Virus record (IMG/VR): IMGVR_UViG_3300022602_000034
Reading direction: 5' to 3' (one strand)
Length of the DNA: 64,000 nucleotides
Origin: an uncultured virus (IMG/VR IMGVR_UViG_3300022602_000034)
Lineage: Duplodnaviria; Heunggongvirae; Uroviricota; Caudoviricetes
Shown: positions 1-10,255 of the stretch, in pieces
How the letters are laid out: each line of letters opens with the position of its first letter
Position numbering within the stretch: position 1 is the first letter of the stretch
Notes under the pieces: model-generated
Told to the model about the DNA's origin: nothing
Database searches by the model: none
What the model saw: the letters and a program-made list of their open reading frames with translations, nothing else
Translations under genes and position numbers: made by a program

Positions 1-1
1 T

Positions 2-697
2 TTGACAGGTAAATGGAACGTAGATGGCGTAGGTAATGCACTAACTGTAACATCAGGTAATATTGTTTTTGGTACTGGCTTTGGTATCAAATGCGGTAAC
101 TACATGAATGCTGACGGTACACCATTCAACCCAACCGGTACATATAATAACGGTAATGTCAGTGATTTCTTAACTGGAGCAAATGCTATTACACAGTTTA
201 CTGGTAACATTGCACCTACTCAAGTTACAACAACACGACTAGCAGGTGGAGGCACAATTCAAGGTGTGTGGACGTTAGAGACAGGATCACGCATCAATGC
301 AACATATGCTGACTTGGCAGAACGCTTTGCAGCCGACGCTATATATGATGCAGGTACAGTCGTTGAAATTGGCGGTGATAAAGAAATTACTGCTGTTGAA
401 ACTGATTTAAGCGAAGATGTATTCGGGGTTATTTCTACCACAGCTGGTTTCACTATGAACGGTGCTGCTGGTAGTGATGAAACACATCCATCAATCGCTG
501 TATCAGGTCGTGTACCAGTTAAAGTAATTGGTAAAGTCAAAAAAGGTCAACGTTTGGTCAGTGCGGGTATTAGAGGATATGCTCGTGCTGCTAAGAGAGA
601 AGAAATGACAGCATTTAACGTTATTGGTCGTGCTTTAGAAGATAAAACAGATATGACAGCCGGTGTTGTTCTTGCAGTAGTGTCAATCACTAAGTAA
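2..697 (+). CDS. C-terminal part of a tail/baseplate fibre protein with an intramolecular-chaperone-like (ADLAE...GRVPVKV) domain; 5' end lies outside the window
   Basis: YADLAERF, GTVVEIGG, VFGVIST and SGRVPVKVIG motifs are typical of phage fibre C-termini; the ORF is open at the window edge. Confidence 0.7.
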   Translation: MTGKWNVDGVGNALTVTSGNIVFGTGFGIKCGNYMNADGTPFNPTGTYNNGNVSDFLTGANAITQFTGNIAPTQVTTTRLAGGGTIQGVWTLETGSRINATYADLAERFAADAIYDAGTVVEIGGDKEITAVETDLSEDVFGVISTTAGFTMNGAAGSDETHPSIAVSGRVPVKVIGKVKKGQRLVSAGIRGYARAAKREEMTAFNVIGRALEDKTDMTAGVVLAVVSITK

Positions 698-706
698 GGA
701 TTTTAA

Positions 707-1696
707 ATGTCATACATAACCAATGGCTTAATTCAGGCTTCTGACTATAATACTTTTGCTACCCAGCTTAATACGTTATGGGCCACTGGTTCTGGACCTC
801 AAGGGTTAGGTCAAACAGCTATTCCGTTAGTTACTAAAGGCAATGAAGTTACTGCATCACAATGGGATTCTATCCTCTCAGTGATATCTGCTTTGGCAGC
901 ACAGCAAAGTCCTAGTTCTCAATATGTTACTCAACCAGATTACGTACCGTCAAACAGTGGTAGTGATGCACAGGCACTAATTAGATATATTTCTAGTATC
1001 TCAACTAACATCAGTACATTATCAAGCAACTATTTGAATGCGGCAAGTCAAGTATCAACTACTCCGGCTATAATTACATCAACTCAACGTTGGTCTAATC
1101 AAGCAGTTTATACATTTACTGTTCAATTCTCAAGTGGGGATGCAGCAAGATATTTCTTTAATGCAGGCGGACAATTAAAACTATCTATGTCGCATCCTAC
1201 TGGTACACCGTTGGATAGTATGTTTAGATTGTTATGCCAACAAATAGGTACATTGGTTATAAGTGCTCCTGGTTTAAGTCCATCAACTACACATATTGCA
1301 GGTGTGGATTATCAAGGACTTACACAAGTTATTACTCAACAAGGTGCAGTCCCTGATTCTTTCCTAGCACAAGCAGGATATTATGGACTAACCGCAGCAA
1401 GTACAGAAATATTCAAACAACGCATGGATACAGGTTTTTATTCTAATTATTTAGGTTCATCCATTACTGTACGTGCTAACACAAATGGTACACAAGGTGG
1501 GAATAATGACAATGGTAGCAGTGTTACTATTGAAGTTATTTGGAGTGAAATTCCACCAACACTGTTTGTAAGTGTGGGAACACAAATTGCGTTAACTATT
1601 GTAAGACCAGCACTATCTTCAGATTCTGGGTCATCTTCTCCATTGGTAAAAGCATGGGGAACATATTTAGTTCAAGCAAGTCAATCGTACATATAA
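707..1696 (+). CDS. putative virion structural protein (tail-associated)
   Basis: 329 aa, S/T/G-rich; ARYFFNAGG motif; follows the fibre gene with SD AAGGA. Confidence 0.55.
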   Translation: MSYITNGLIQASDYNTFATQLNTLWATGSGPQGLGQTAIPLVTKGNEVTASQWDSILSVISALAAQQSPSSQYVTQPDYVPSNSGSDAQALIRYISSISTNISTLSSNYLNAASQVSTTPAIITSTQRWSNQAVYTFTVQFSSGDAARYFFNAGGQLKLSMSHPTGTPLDSMFRLLCQQIGTLVISAPGLSPSTTHIAGVDYQGLTQVITQQGAVPDSFLAQAGYYGLTAASTEIFKQRMDTGFYSNYLGSSITVRANTNGTQGGNNDNGSSVTIEVIWSEIPPTLFVSVGTQIALTIVRPALSSDSGSSSPLVKAWGTYLVQASQSYI

Positions 1697-1732
1697 AAAT
1701 AATGGTAAAGATGTATCCATGTAAATATTCAC

Positions 1733-2038
1733 ATGGATACAAAAACTTTAATCGCAGATGCTAAAGCTCGTTTCAGCTTCAATGCATCTAAAACATACCT
1801 CAATGACAAATATACCAGCAAATTGATTTTTGCTGACCAAAATGGGTTATGGCGCGCTAGTGTAGAACTTATCTCATTGTTGAGTACGTTAGATGATGAT
1901 ATAATAATTCTGTTAGATGACTATAAAAATCCCATCAAAGTAAACAGGCCAACACTGTTAGCAAAAACAAAGAATGTATATACCAAAGTTATGGAAGATT
2001 GGTATAATGAATTTGAAGAATTAAAGAATACCAGATGA
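1733..2038 (+). CDS. hypothetical protein
   Basis: 101-aa ORF; TAAATA motif ends 5 nt before the ATG; ATGA overlap with the next gene. Confidence 0.65.
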   Translation: MDTKTLIADAKARFSFNASKTYLNDKYTSKLIFADQNGLWRASVELISLLSTLDDDIIILLDDYKNPIKVNRPTLLAKTKNVYTKVMEDWYNEFEELKNTR

Positions 2039-2823
2039 GTCGCGGTGTACTACTATTTGCATTCAACAATGATACTACCAACTATTATGATATGGCAGTA
2101 TATTGTGCTAAACGAGTCAATCACTTTTTAAATCTACCAGTGACACTAGTTACGGATAAAGAATCCCTACCTAGCAACCAATCATATCAGTTTGATAATG
2201 TGTTGTTAGTATCTGCACAATCAGATAACTATAAACAAAAAGATGTTTGGAAAAACAAAGATAGATACCGTGCATACGAACTATCACCGTATGACGAAAC
2301 ATTGGTTTTGGATAGTGATTATGTAGTCAACACCGATAAACTAAATCAAATTTTTGATACTTATACCGATTTCATGTGCGCTAAAACCGCAATCTATTTG
2401 ATGTTTCCTGATGCCCCGATAGATATTATTAGTACAAATAGTTTTAGTTGTCCTTGGGCTACTGTCATTGCATTTAAAAAAACAGATAAAGCAAAACAAA
2501 TATTTGACTGTATCAAAATGATACAAGAGAACTATATACACTATAGTAATCTATACAGTTTCGTACCCGTACCGTATAGAAACGATTATGCGCTTGCTAT
2601 TGCATTGCATATTGTCAATGGTGGATTAGAAGATACAACTAACTATATTCCTTGGAACTTGTTGCACGTGAATGAAAAAACAAAACTATATAAAATTGGT
2701 GATGAATTTGACACCAACTACGTTGCTACTAGAGTAGTTAAACGTACTGAGTATATAAAAATCAAAGATATTGATTTTCATATGCTTAACAAAACAAATT
2801 TTACAGAGATAATAAATGGATAA
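2035..2823 (+). CDS. GT-A fold glycosyltransferase-like protein
   Basis: SPYDETLVLDSD (DxD) and YRNDYA motifs. Confidence 0.6.
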   Translation: MSRGVLLFAFNNDTTNYYDMAVYCAKRVNHFLNLPVTLVTDKESLPSNQSYQFDNVLLVSAQSDNYKQKDVWKNKDRYRAYELSPYDETLVLDSDYVVNTDKLNQIFDTYTDFMCAKTAIYLMFPDAPIDIISTNSFSCPWATVIAFKKTDKAKQIFDCIKMIQENYIHYSNLYSFVPVPYRNDYALAIALHIVNGGLEDTTNYIPWNLLHVNEKTKLYKIGDEFDTNYVATRVVKRTEYIKIKDIDFHMLNKTNFTEIING

Positions 2824-3571
2824 AGGATTTGTAATAGTAGCACAAAACACAGATAGTGTTGATTATGTTAAGTGTGCAGAGGTATTAAAGAATAGCATTC
2901 TAAAAGCAATGCCGGATGCTAACGTCACTATTCTTGATGTATTGCCTTACGGAGATCAAGCTCCTGATAGTGATTGGAAACTTATCAACGATTGGCAAGT
3001 ATATGATGCAAGCCCTTATGAATACACTATCAAACTTGAAGCTGATATGTATATACCCAATGATATCAGCTATTGGTGGGATGTACTAAAAGACAGAGAT
3101 GTGGTAGTAAGCACTACTATACGAAATTATAAAGGAGAAGTATCTGATGTTAAAGTATATCGTAAATTTATAGAAGACAACAATTTACCTGATGTATATA
3201 ACGCAATCACGTACTTTAAAAAAAGCGATGTAGCAGAACAGTTTTACACCACAGTCAGAAACATATTTGAAAATTGGGATGAGTATAGACAAATTTTTAA
3301 ATGTGATCCAAATGAGCCTGCAACCACCGATTGGGTATATAGTATTGCTTGTCATTTGGTTGGCGTAGAACAAACAACAATGCCTGAATTTACTCAATTC
3401 AGTATGGTGCATATGAAGAAGTTTATTATCAATACAATAGGTGACAATTGGACAAACGAATTGACATATGAGTTTACCGACCCATTACGGGTACAAACAT
3501 TCCCACAATGTTACCCATTTCACTATCACATTAAAAATTTTAGTTATAAATTGAGTAAACATTATGGTTGA
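2816..3571 (+). CDS. glycosyltransferase-like protein, paralog of the upstream gene
   Basis: SPYEYTIKLEADM matches SPYDETLVLDSD; ends in PFHYHIK. Confidence 0.6.
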   Translation: MDKGFVIVAQNTDSVDYVKCAEVLKNSILKAMPDANVTILDVLPYGDQAPDSDWKLINDWQVYDASPYEYTIKLEADMYIPNDISYWWDVLKDRDVVVSTTIRNYKGEVSDVKVYRKFIEDNNLPDVYNAITYFKKSDVAEQFYTTVRNIFENWDEYRQIFKCDPNEPATTDWVYSIACHLVGVEQTTMPEFTQFSMVHMKKFIINTIGDNWTNELTYEFTDPLRVQTFPQCYPFHYHIKNFSYKLSKHYG

Positions 3572-3842
3572 ATATCGTCTTTATTATGATGACACAGGTA
3601 AAATTGTATGCTATACTACTGAAGACCTTGAGGGAAAGTATGTAGTAATAGACAAAATAACCTATATGTCAGCAAGGCATGACGTGCGGGTGATTGACAA
3701 TAAAGCTGTTGTATTAGCAGCAGGTACGCATATACTAAAACTAATCCCTAAAGATAAAGGCACAATGTGTCACAGAGAAAACATACTGGTAATTGATGAA
3801 ACCGATCCAGTTTATTGGGACTTAACAGTTTATGAAAATTGA
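3564..3842 (+). CDS. hypothetical protein
   Basis: 92-aa ORF overlapping both neighbours in the operon. Confidence 0.55.
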   Translation: MVEYRLYYDDTGKIVCYTTEDLEGKYVVIDKITYMSARHDVRVIDNKAVVLAAGTHILKLIPKDKGTMCHRENILVIDETDPVYWDLTVYEN

Positions 3843-4767
3843 AATACAAGACTTGGCTTGTGTATATCTTAGCTATGATGAACCACAAAAAGAAGAATTT
3901 TGGCTCAAGATTAAAAACATGGTACCCTGGGCCAGACGTGTCGACGGCGTTAAGGGCAGTGATGCGGCTCATAAAAGAGCCGCAGAAGAATCTGATACTG
4001 AACGATTTATTTTAATTGACGGTGACAACATCCCCGATGGTAGTTTCTTTGACCTAATACTGGACTATTCGGATAAAGACGAATCATACACCAACGCACA
4101 ATATCGTTGGAAAGCTAGAAACAATATCAATGGCTTAGTGTATGGTAACGGTGGCATCAGTTCATGGACAAAAGAATATGTTATGAACATGAAGACACAT
4201 GAAAACAGTGATGGCAATAGTAAAACAACTGTTGACTTTTGTTTAGACTATAACAACAGTTTATATTGGAGTATGAACGACTGTTACAGTACAACATATC
4301 CAAACTACACACCCTTTCAGGCATGGCGTGCAGGATTTCGTGAGGGTGTTAAGATGTGTTTAGTTGGGGGATTAGTTCCCAATGTAAATGAATTTAAACG
4401 TATACCAAGTCGTAACTTAGACAATTTAACTATTTGGCACAATGTAGGCGCAGACGTAGAAAATGGCATGTGGGCTATTTACGGTGCAAGACTTGGCACA
4501 CACATGACAATGACACAAGACTTTGACCCTATACAAGTTCAATGGTTTGATAACCTAGAAAAGTTATGGCAAGATCATAAAGATAACGACCCAAGAATTA
4601 ACGCAGAGTTATTTGGTAATAGTTTACGCAATAAGCTAGACTTGCCAATCAATACACTAGACCGTGAACAAAGTCGTTTCTTTAAGCGACACTATAACAA
4701 AGACAAACGTAACTTAGGTCCTCTCGTTAAAGAGATTGATGTAATTAGAAAAATAGAGGGCTGGTAA
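3832..4767 (+). CDS. glycosyltransferase-like protein
   Basis: LSYDEP, RVDGVKGSDAAH, LIDGDN, NGLVYGNGG and AWRAGFREGVKM motifs; related to the C-terminus of 8517..10232. Confidence 0.6.
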   Translation: MKIEIQDLACVYLSYDEPQKEEFWLKIKNMVPWARRVDGVKGSDAAHKRAAEESDTERFILIDGDNIPDGSFFDLILDYSDKDESYTNAQYRWKARNNINGLVYGNGGISSWTKEYVMNMKTHENSDGNSKTTVDFCLDYNNSLYWSMNDCYSTTYPNYTPFQAWRAGFREGVKMCLVGGLVPNVNEFKRIPSRNLDNLTIWHNVGADVENGMWAIYGARLGTHMTMTQDFDPIQVQWFDNLEKLWQDHKDNDPRINAELFGNSLRNKLDLPINTLDREQSRFFKRHYNKDKRNLGPLVKEIDVIRKIEGW

Positions 4768-6131
4768 TGCAAGACGAGTTAAAGAAACAGGTAGAAGAAT
4801 TTACTAATGAATTGAATGAGATTAGCCCATCATTCTGTGTAGCAAAGTGGAAGCAAGTGACAATGCATTTGCAAAATGGTCATACACATAGTTGCCATCA
4901 CCCTGCAACACATCACGTTTCAATTGAAGAATTAAAACGTAACAAGACCGCATTACATAACAGCGATTACAAAAAAGAGCAACGTAAGTTAATGCTTGAA
5001 GGTAAACGCCCTGAAGAATGTGATTACTGTTGGCGTATCGAGGATGCAGGTGAAACAAGTGATAGAGTGTTTAAGAGTGCGGACAAGTATTGGGCTAGAC
5101 CCTATATAAACGAAGTACTGAGCAAGTCTTGGGATGAAAATATTGATCCTAGTTATGTTGAGGTTAGTTTTGGAAACGTGTGTAACTTTAAATGTAGTTA
5201 CTGTGCTCCTCACATTAGTAGTCAATGGATGGAAGAGATTGAGCGTTATGGCCCCTATCCAACTAGCGAAAAGTTTAACAACTTAAATTGGTTAAAAGGG
5301 CAGAATGCATTACCTATTCCAAACAAAGATGAGAACCCATATGTTGATGCATTTTGGGAATGGTTCCCTGACATGTATAAGAACTTAAAGTATTTTAGAA
5401 TCACTGGTGGCGAACCATTACTAAACAAGAATACATTCAAGCTATTAGACTATATCATTGAGAATCCTAATCCTAATCTTGAGGTTGCAATCAACACTAA
5501 CATGAATCCTCCTAGGGAATTGCTTGAAACTTTCTTAGAAAAAGTCAACATCATTCTCAACGAAAACAAACTTAAACGAATCAAAATATTTACTAGTGCA
5601 GAAGCATATGGTAAACAAGCAGAGTATATTCGTCATGGTATGCATTACTTTCAATGGCTTAATAACATTCGTCATGCATTGAGTAAGAATGAAAAATTAG
5701 AGTTCACGGTGATGTGTACTTATAATCTTCTCAGTATCCCATCATACAAATTGATGCTAGAAGACTTGACTAAAATCATCTTAGAGTATAGAACCACTAC
5801 CAACAAACGTATTCTAGTAGATAATCATTATCTACGCTTCCCTGAACATCAAACAGCATTCATTATGGATCAAGACCATCTTCATTACATTGAAGAACAA
5901 ATCGCATATATGGAAGCAAACATTGACAATTATGTTTTTAATGAAATTGAACTAGAGAAACTTAAACGCATATATACTCTTGTTAAAGAAGGCATTGACG
6001 CCAATCTATTGGTCAAGCATAGAAAAGATTTTATCAAGTTTGTAGATGAACATGATAAAAGAAGAGGTACTAACTTTGTCAAAACCTTCCCAGAATACGC
6101 AGAACTATATAAAACATGGAGTGAATTTTGA
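4767..6131 (+). CDS. radical SAM protein with an N-terminal Cys-rich (twitch/SPASM-like) region
   Basis: CNFKCSYC (CxxxCxxC), ITGGEPLL, plus SCHH and CDYCW. Confidence 0.85.
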   Translation: MQDELKKQVEEFTNELNEISPSFCVAKWKQVTMHLQNGHTHSCHHPATHHVSIEELKRNKTALHNSDYKKEQRKLMLEGKRPEECDYCWRIEDAGETSDRVFKSADKYWARPYINEVLSKSWDENIDPSYVEVSFGNVCNFKCSYCAPHISSQWMEEIERYGPYPTSEKFNNLNWLKGQNALPIPNKDENPYVDAFWEWFPDMYKNLKYFRITGGEPLLNKNTFKLLDYIIENPNPNLEVAINTNMNPPRELLETFLEKVNIILNENKLKRIKIFTSAEAYGKQAEYIRHGMHYFQWLNNIRHALSKNEKLEFTVMCTYNLLSIPSYKLMLEDLTKIILEYRTTTNKRILVDNHYLRFPEHQTAFIMDQDHLHYIEEQIAYMEANIDNYVFNEIELEKLKRIYTLVKEGIDANLLVKHRKDFIKFVDEHDKRRGTNFVKTFPEYAELYKTWSEF

Positions 6132-6931
6132 GTGAATTGATTATGACCCCGCATGATGGACTACGTTCATGTTCATCTAACTTTGCACATACTGATTCAG
6201 AAGATACCTATCTAAAGAACAAGAAAAAGTATGGGCCAAAGTGGTACTACGCTGATAAAACACTACACTATCATTTTAATTATCTTGGCTACAGAATGAA
6301 TAAAGAATTGCATGAAATTAACTATGATAGCCACATTGCTTTTTTTGGATGTAGTAATACTGTAGGCATTGGTTTGGAACTAGAAGAAACATTCAGTTAT
6401 AGAATTGCTAATCAATTGGGTATTGATTACATTAACGGTGCAATTGGTGGTGCAAGTCCTGATTTTGTATTTTACAACATCACCCATTATTTAAATAATG
6501 TTGAGACATATCCTAAGTTTATTGTTGTTAATTGGCCCCAAACATCACGAACTTTGTTTTGGGAACACGATCAAATGCATTTTTTCTTACCAGCACTAGA
6601 ATCTACAGCTAGACATTGGCGCGAATCATTCAAAGAATATATTACAGAAAACTCAAATCAACTTAGAAAGTTCTCCTATTACCGAGATAATGTTAAGTTG
6701 TTGTGTAAACTTGCAGATATCAAATTAATTGAAGTTACTAGTTGGCAAGATACTGATGGTTTTTGGGAACGTAATCCCGACTTACCTATTCTTAATCTAT
6801 GTAACTATGGGGACAAGTATGATATCAATATTGATAAAGCACGAGACATACAACCCGGATCAGAGATTGCACACCCCGGAATATACCATCAACAAGTGAT
6901 TGTTGATTATGTCTTTTCACAAATTAAATAA
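6128..6931 (+). CDS. SGNH/GDSL-like hydrolase/acyltransferase
   Basis: FFGCSNTVG block-I-like motif and C-terminal ARD...HPG..H. Confidence 0.55.
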   Translation: MSELIMTPHDGLRSCSSNFAHTDSEDTYLKNKKKYGPKWYYADKTLHYHFNYLGYRMNKELHEINYDSHIAFFGCSNTVGIGLELEETFSYRIANQLGIDYINGAIGGASPDFVFYNITHYLNNVETYPKFIVVNWPQTSRTLFWEHDQMHFFLPALESTARHWRESFKEYITENSNQLRKFSYYRDNVKLLCKLADIKLIEVTSWQDTDGFWERNPDLPILNLCNYGDKYDINIDKARDIQPGSEIAHPGIYHQQVIVDYVFSQIK

Positions 6932-6932
6932 T

Positions 6933-7034
6933 ATGCGTAACTTTTTTTCAGAATTGTGGTTTAAGATTGTGCGTGAGTACAAGTACCGTAAAAAACTTAA
7001 AGAGTTGAAGAAGAAAGACCCCTTCATTTATTAA
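6933..7034 (+). CDS. 33-aa peptide ending in KKKDPFIY, upstream of the carbamoyltransferase (not in the ORF track)
   Basis: Translated by hand: MRNFFSELWFKIVREYKYRKKLKELKKKDPFIY*; fills the intergenic gap exactly. Confidence 0.65.
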   Translation: MRNFFSELWFKIVREYKYRKKLKELKKKDPFIY

Positions 7035-7035
7035 T

Positions 7036-8520
7036 ATGGACTATATTGGAATAAGTTCAGGCTTCCATGATGCCGCATTAAGTGTTATCAATCGCAGAGG
7101 TGATGTAGTTTTTGCCGGGCATAGCGAACGTTATACAAAAATAAAGCACGATAAACAAATCACTGGTGATATCGTAACTGACGCCATGCGTTATGTTAAT
7201 GATGATTATGAGATTCACTATTATGAAAGACCTTGGTTAAAGTTTTTACGTCAAGTTAGATCAGGTGAGAATCCTAAACTAGCAAGTTTGAGTCCTAAAT
7301 TTCAATTAAGTAATGATGCAATATCATTATTAGGAAACAAGAAATATCATACTCATAATCATCACATGAGCCATGCTGCAGGTGGTTTTCAAACTAGTGA
7401 TTTTGTTGATGCTACGGTAGTTGTGATTGATGCTATTGGTGAGTTCGACACCATTACTATTTGGGATGCACGTTACAATAGCAATGGTAAAGCAGTATAT
7501 AAGAAGTTATATAGCCAAACATATCCTGATAGTATTGGATTGTTCTACTCAGCAATGACTAAAAGAGTTGGGTTAAAACCCTTAGATGAAGAATACATCT
7601 TAATGGGTATGAGTGCGTATGGCACACCTAAACATTATACTGAACTACATTCTAGTTTAATTAACTCAAGCAAAGATTTAGATTTTAAACTGAATTTACA
7701 CACAGGCGTTCCTGATGATTTTCTTATAGACGCAAATGATATGGATATTGCATCTAGTAGTCAGACACTAGTTGAGCATTTGATATTACAGGTATTATGC
7801 AAAGCAAGAATGCTAAGTGAAAGTACTAACTTAGTGTATTCAGGTGGTGTAGCACTGAATTGTGTAGCTAATAGATTGTTAGGAGCTTATTTTGATAAAA
7901 TTTATATTATGCCTAATCCTGGTGATGCTGGCTCTAGTTTGGGTGCTGCCTGTCTTGGTTATGGTTATAAAGTTAATTTTAATAATGCTTATCTTGGTTA
8001 TAACATACCTGGTAGTTACCCCGCTAATGCTATTATTGACCATTTGTTTAATGATGGTATTGTTGGTGTAGCAAGTGGTAGAGCAGAGTTTGGACCACGT
8101 GCATTAGGTAATAGAAGTTTGTTAGCAGACCCAAGAGGTCCAGATATAAAGGATAAAGTAAATGACATTAAACGACGCCAAAAATTTCGACCCTTTGCTC
8201 CTGTCATTTTGGAGGAGTATGTTCATAACTATTTTGTTATGCCTAGTGGTTGGCATGACAGTAGGTATATGCAAGTCGTCGGTACTTGTAGGTTTCCTGA
8301 CATATACCCTGCTATCGTTCATCATGACGGTACCAGTCGCATACAGACTGTACCTAAAGATGGATCGGGAATAAGAGAACTATTAGAAAAGTGGTATGCG
8401 TTAACAGGTTGTCCTATGCTACTTAATACAAGTTTAAATATCAGAGGTGAACCAATGGTTAATGATCGTAGTGATGCTGATAGATTTGAAATAAAATACA
8501 ACGTTAAAGTATTATCATGA
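7036..8520 (+). CDS. NodU/CmcH-family carbamoyltransferase
   Basis: FHDAA, HHMSHAA, SGGVALNC, GDAGSSLGA, EFGPRALGNRS, FRPFAP and LNTSLN motifs. Confidence 0.92.
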   Translation: MDYIGISSGFHDAALSVINRRGDVVFAGHSERYTKIKHDKQITGDIVTDAMRYVNDDYEIHYYERPWLKFLRQVRSGENPKLASLSPKFQLSNDAISLLGNKKYHTHNHHMSHAAGGFQTSDFVDATVVVIDAIGEFDTITIWDARYNSNGKAVYKKLYSQTYPDSIGLFYSAMTKRVGLKPLDEEYILMGMSAYGTPKHYTELHSSLINSSKDLDFKLNLHTGVPDDFLIDANDMDIASSSQTLVEHLILQVLCKARMLSESTNLVYSGGVALNCVANRLLGAYFDKIYIMPNPGDAGSSLGAACLGYGYKVNFNNAYLGYNIPGSYPANAIIDHLFNDGIVGVASGRAEFGPRALGNRSLLADPRGPDIKDKVNDIKRRQKFRPFAPVILEEYVHNYFVMPSGWHDSRYMQVVGTCRFPDIYPAIVHHDGTSRIQTVPKDGSGIRELLEKWYALTGCPMLLNTSLNIRGEPMVNDRSDADRFEIKYNVKVLS

Positions 8521-10232
8521 TTGATCGTGACGAAGGTTATTGGGAGATACCTGATAACTTAGATACAAGTGAGTTTGATTTTAATTGGAGACCTGATCCA
8601 TACGATCCGCCGTTGATTCATCAATTTGGAACACAATGGCAACGTACAGGTGGGCCAAGATATGTTGTGCCTGACCATGAAGGTACAAAATATTATGATA
8701 CTCAACGAGCAATCAAACTTCCCGATTCAAATAATAGATGCTGGCGTCCATTAGTTGCAAATGCAACAATTGATTATAGCTGGCATCCGCCTGAAACTGA
8801 CCCACCGTTAATCTATATCTTTGTCAATCAATGGCATGATGATATGCCCACATACCAATATAGAGTTAGAGGTGCAACAGAAAAAAAGTTTGTTACAGAA
8901 ATAAAAGCAACACTACTACCCAATAAAGACAACTTTGAAATACTAGTAGATGATGATATAGAGTTTGATTATAGTTGGGTACCTAGTCACCATGAGCCAC
9001 CTATGGATTTTGTATTTGGCAATCAGTGGCATGATAGTAAGACGATGCCCACATTAAAATATAAAGGCACTAATGGTGACACAAAATATGTTGATGATAT
9101 GTTTGCGATTATCAAACCCAACAACAAAAAGTTTAGAGTATTAGAAGCAACCACTGACTTTGATTATAGTTGGAGACCTGATCCTAATGATCCTCCCTAC
9201 AACTATATCTTTGGTAATGAGTATCATACTCCTGAGTTTATGCCTACAGTTATGTATAGAGTTTCAGGAGCTTATGAAACAAAGTACTTAGGTGAGCCAA
9301 AAGCAAAATTATCAATAGAGAAAGTATCATTTGAAGATACTATATTTGATGCAATCAAAGAACATAACTTTACAACCAAATATGCTCACTTTCAAAATAC
9401 TAGTCATCACTTAGACTATACAATGGCTATACCAAAGTATGACATTGAACGAGAGTATGCTCATTTGTATGAAGATTGTGCAATTGTACCTAGTAAAATC
9501 AAAACACATTTAGTAAACAGTTTATCAGATTACCCATATGTAATCACAGACAAACTCTTGGGATATCGTAAACCTTTAGACATTATTTTTATTAGTAACG
9601 GGGAAACTTGTGCAGAAGATAATTATAATCATTTATTAAATCTTAACTTACTTAATCGTATAGTCAGAGTATCAAATATTAACGGTCGTGTTGCAAGTCA
9701 ACATGCAGCAGCAAATAGCGCAGAGACACCCTGGTACTTTTTAGTTAATGCTAAGTTAAAAATTAATGAATCATTTAATTTTAACTGGCAACCTAACATT
9801 ATGCAGACAAGAAAGCACTATATTTTTAGAGCACATAACCCTATCAATGGTTTAGAGTACGGACACATGGCTATGGTAGCAAATAATAAGAAGCTAACAC
9901 TGGCTACTGTGGGTAACGGCTTAGACTTTACTATGGAAAGTCCACACGAAGTCGTAGATATCTTATCCGGAACCGCAGTATTTACTAGTGCATGGGATGT
10001 TTGGCGCACCGCGTTTAGAGAGATGATTAAATTATGTTGCAATACTGACCAAGATTCAATTGATAGAGGATCAGCTTGGATAAACAAGGGCAATGGTGAG
10101 TTTGGTGAATACAGTAAACTTGGTGCAAGGGATGCGGTTGACTATTATACCTATGCAGGTGGTGATATGACGTTGTTGATGAATAGCTATGACTGGAGAT
10201 GGTTACTAGATTTTTATAACGATAAATATTAG
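8517..10232 (+). CDS. repeat-containing protein with a C-terminal glycosyltransferase-like domain
   Basis: Four FDYSW-x-P-xxxx-PP-xx-[YF]-x-FGNQW-type repeats, then IIFISNGE...NGLEYG...WRTAFRE domain. Confidence 0.6.
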   Translation: MIDRDEGYWEIPDNLDTSEFDFNWRPDPYDPPLIHQFGTQWQRTGGPRYVVPDHEGTKYYDTQRAIKLPDSNNRCWRPLVANATIDYSWHPPETDPPLIYIFVNQWHDDMPTYQYRVRGATEKKFVTEIKATLLPNKDNFEILVDDDIEFDYSWVPSHHEPPMDFVFGNQWHDSKTMPTLKYKGTNGDTKYVDDMFAIIKPNNKKFRVLEATTDFDYSWRPDPNDPPYNYIFGNEYHTPEFMPTVMYRVSGAYETKYLGEPKAKLSIEKVSFEDTIFDAIKEHNFTTKYAHFQNTSHHLDYTMAIPKYDIEREYAHLYEDCAIVPSKIKTHLVNSLSDYPYVITDKLLGYRKPLDIIFISNGETCAEDNYNHLLNLNLLNRIVRVSNINGRVASQHAAANSAETPWYFLVNAKLKINESFNFNWQPNIMQTRKHYIFRAHNPINGLEYGHMAMVANNKKLTLATVGNGLDFTMESPHEVVDILSGTAVFTSAWDVWRTAFREMIKLCCNTDQDSIDRGSAWINKGNGEFGEYSKLGARDAVDYYTYAGGDMTLLMNSYDWRWLLDFYNDKY

Positions 10233-10255
10233 ATACTTACCGTATAGGAATTTTT

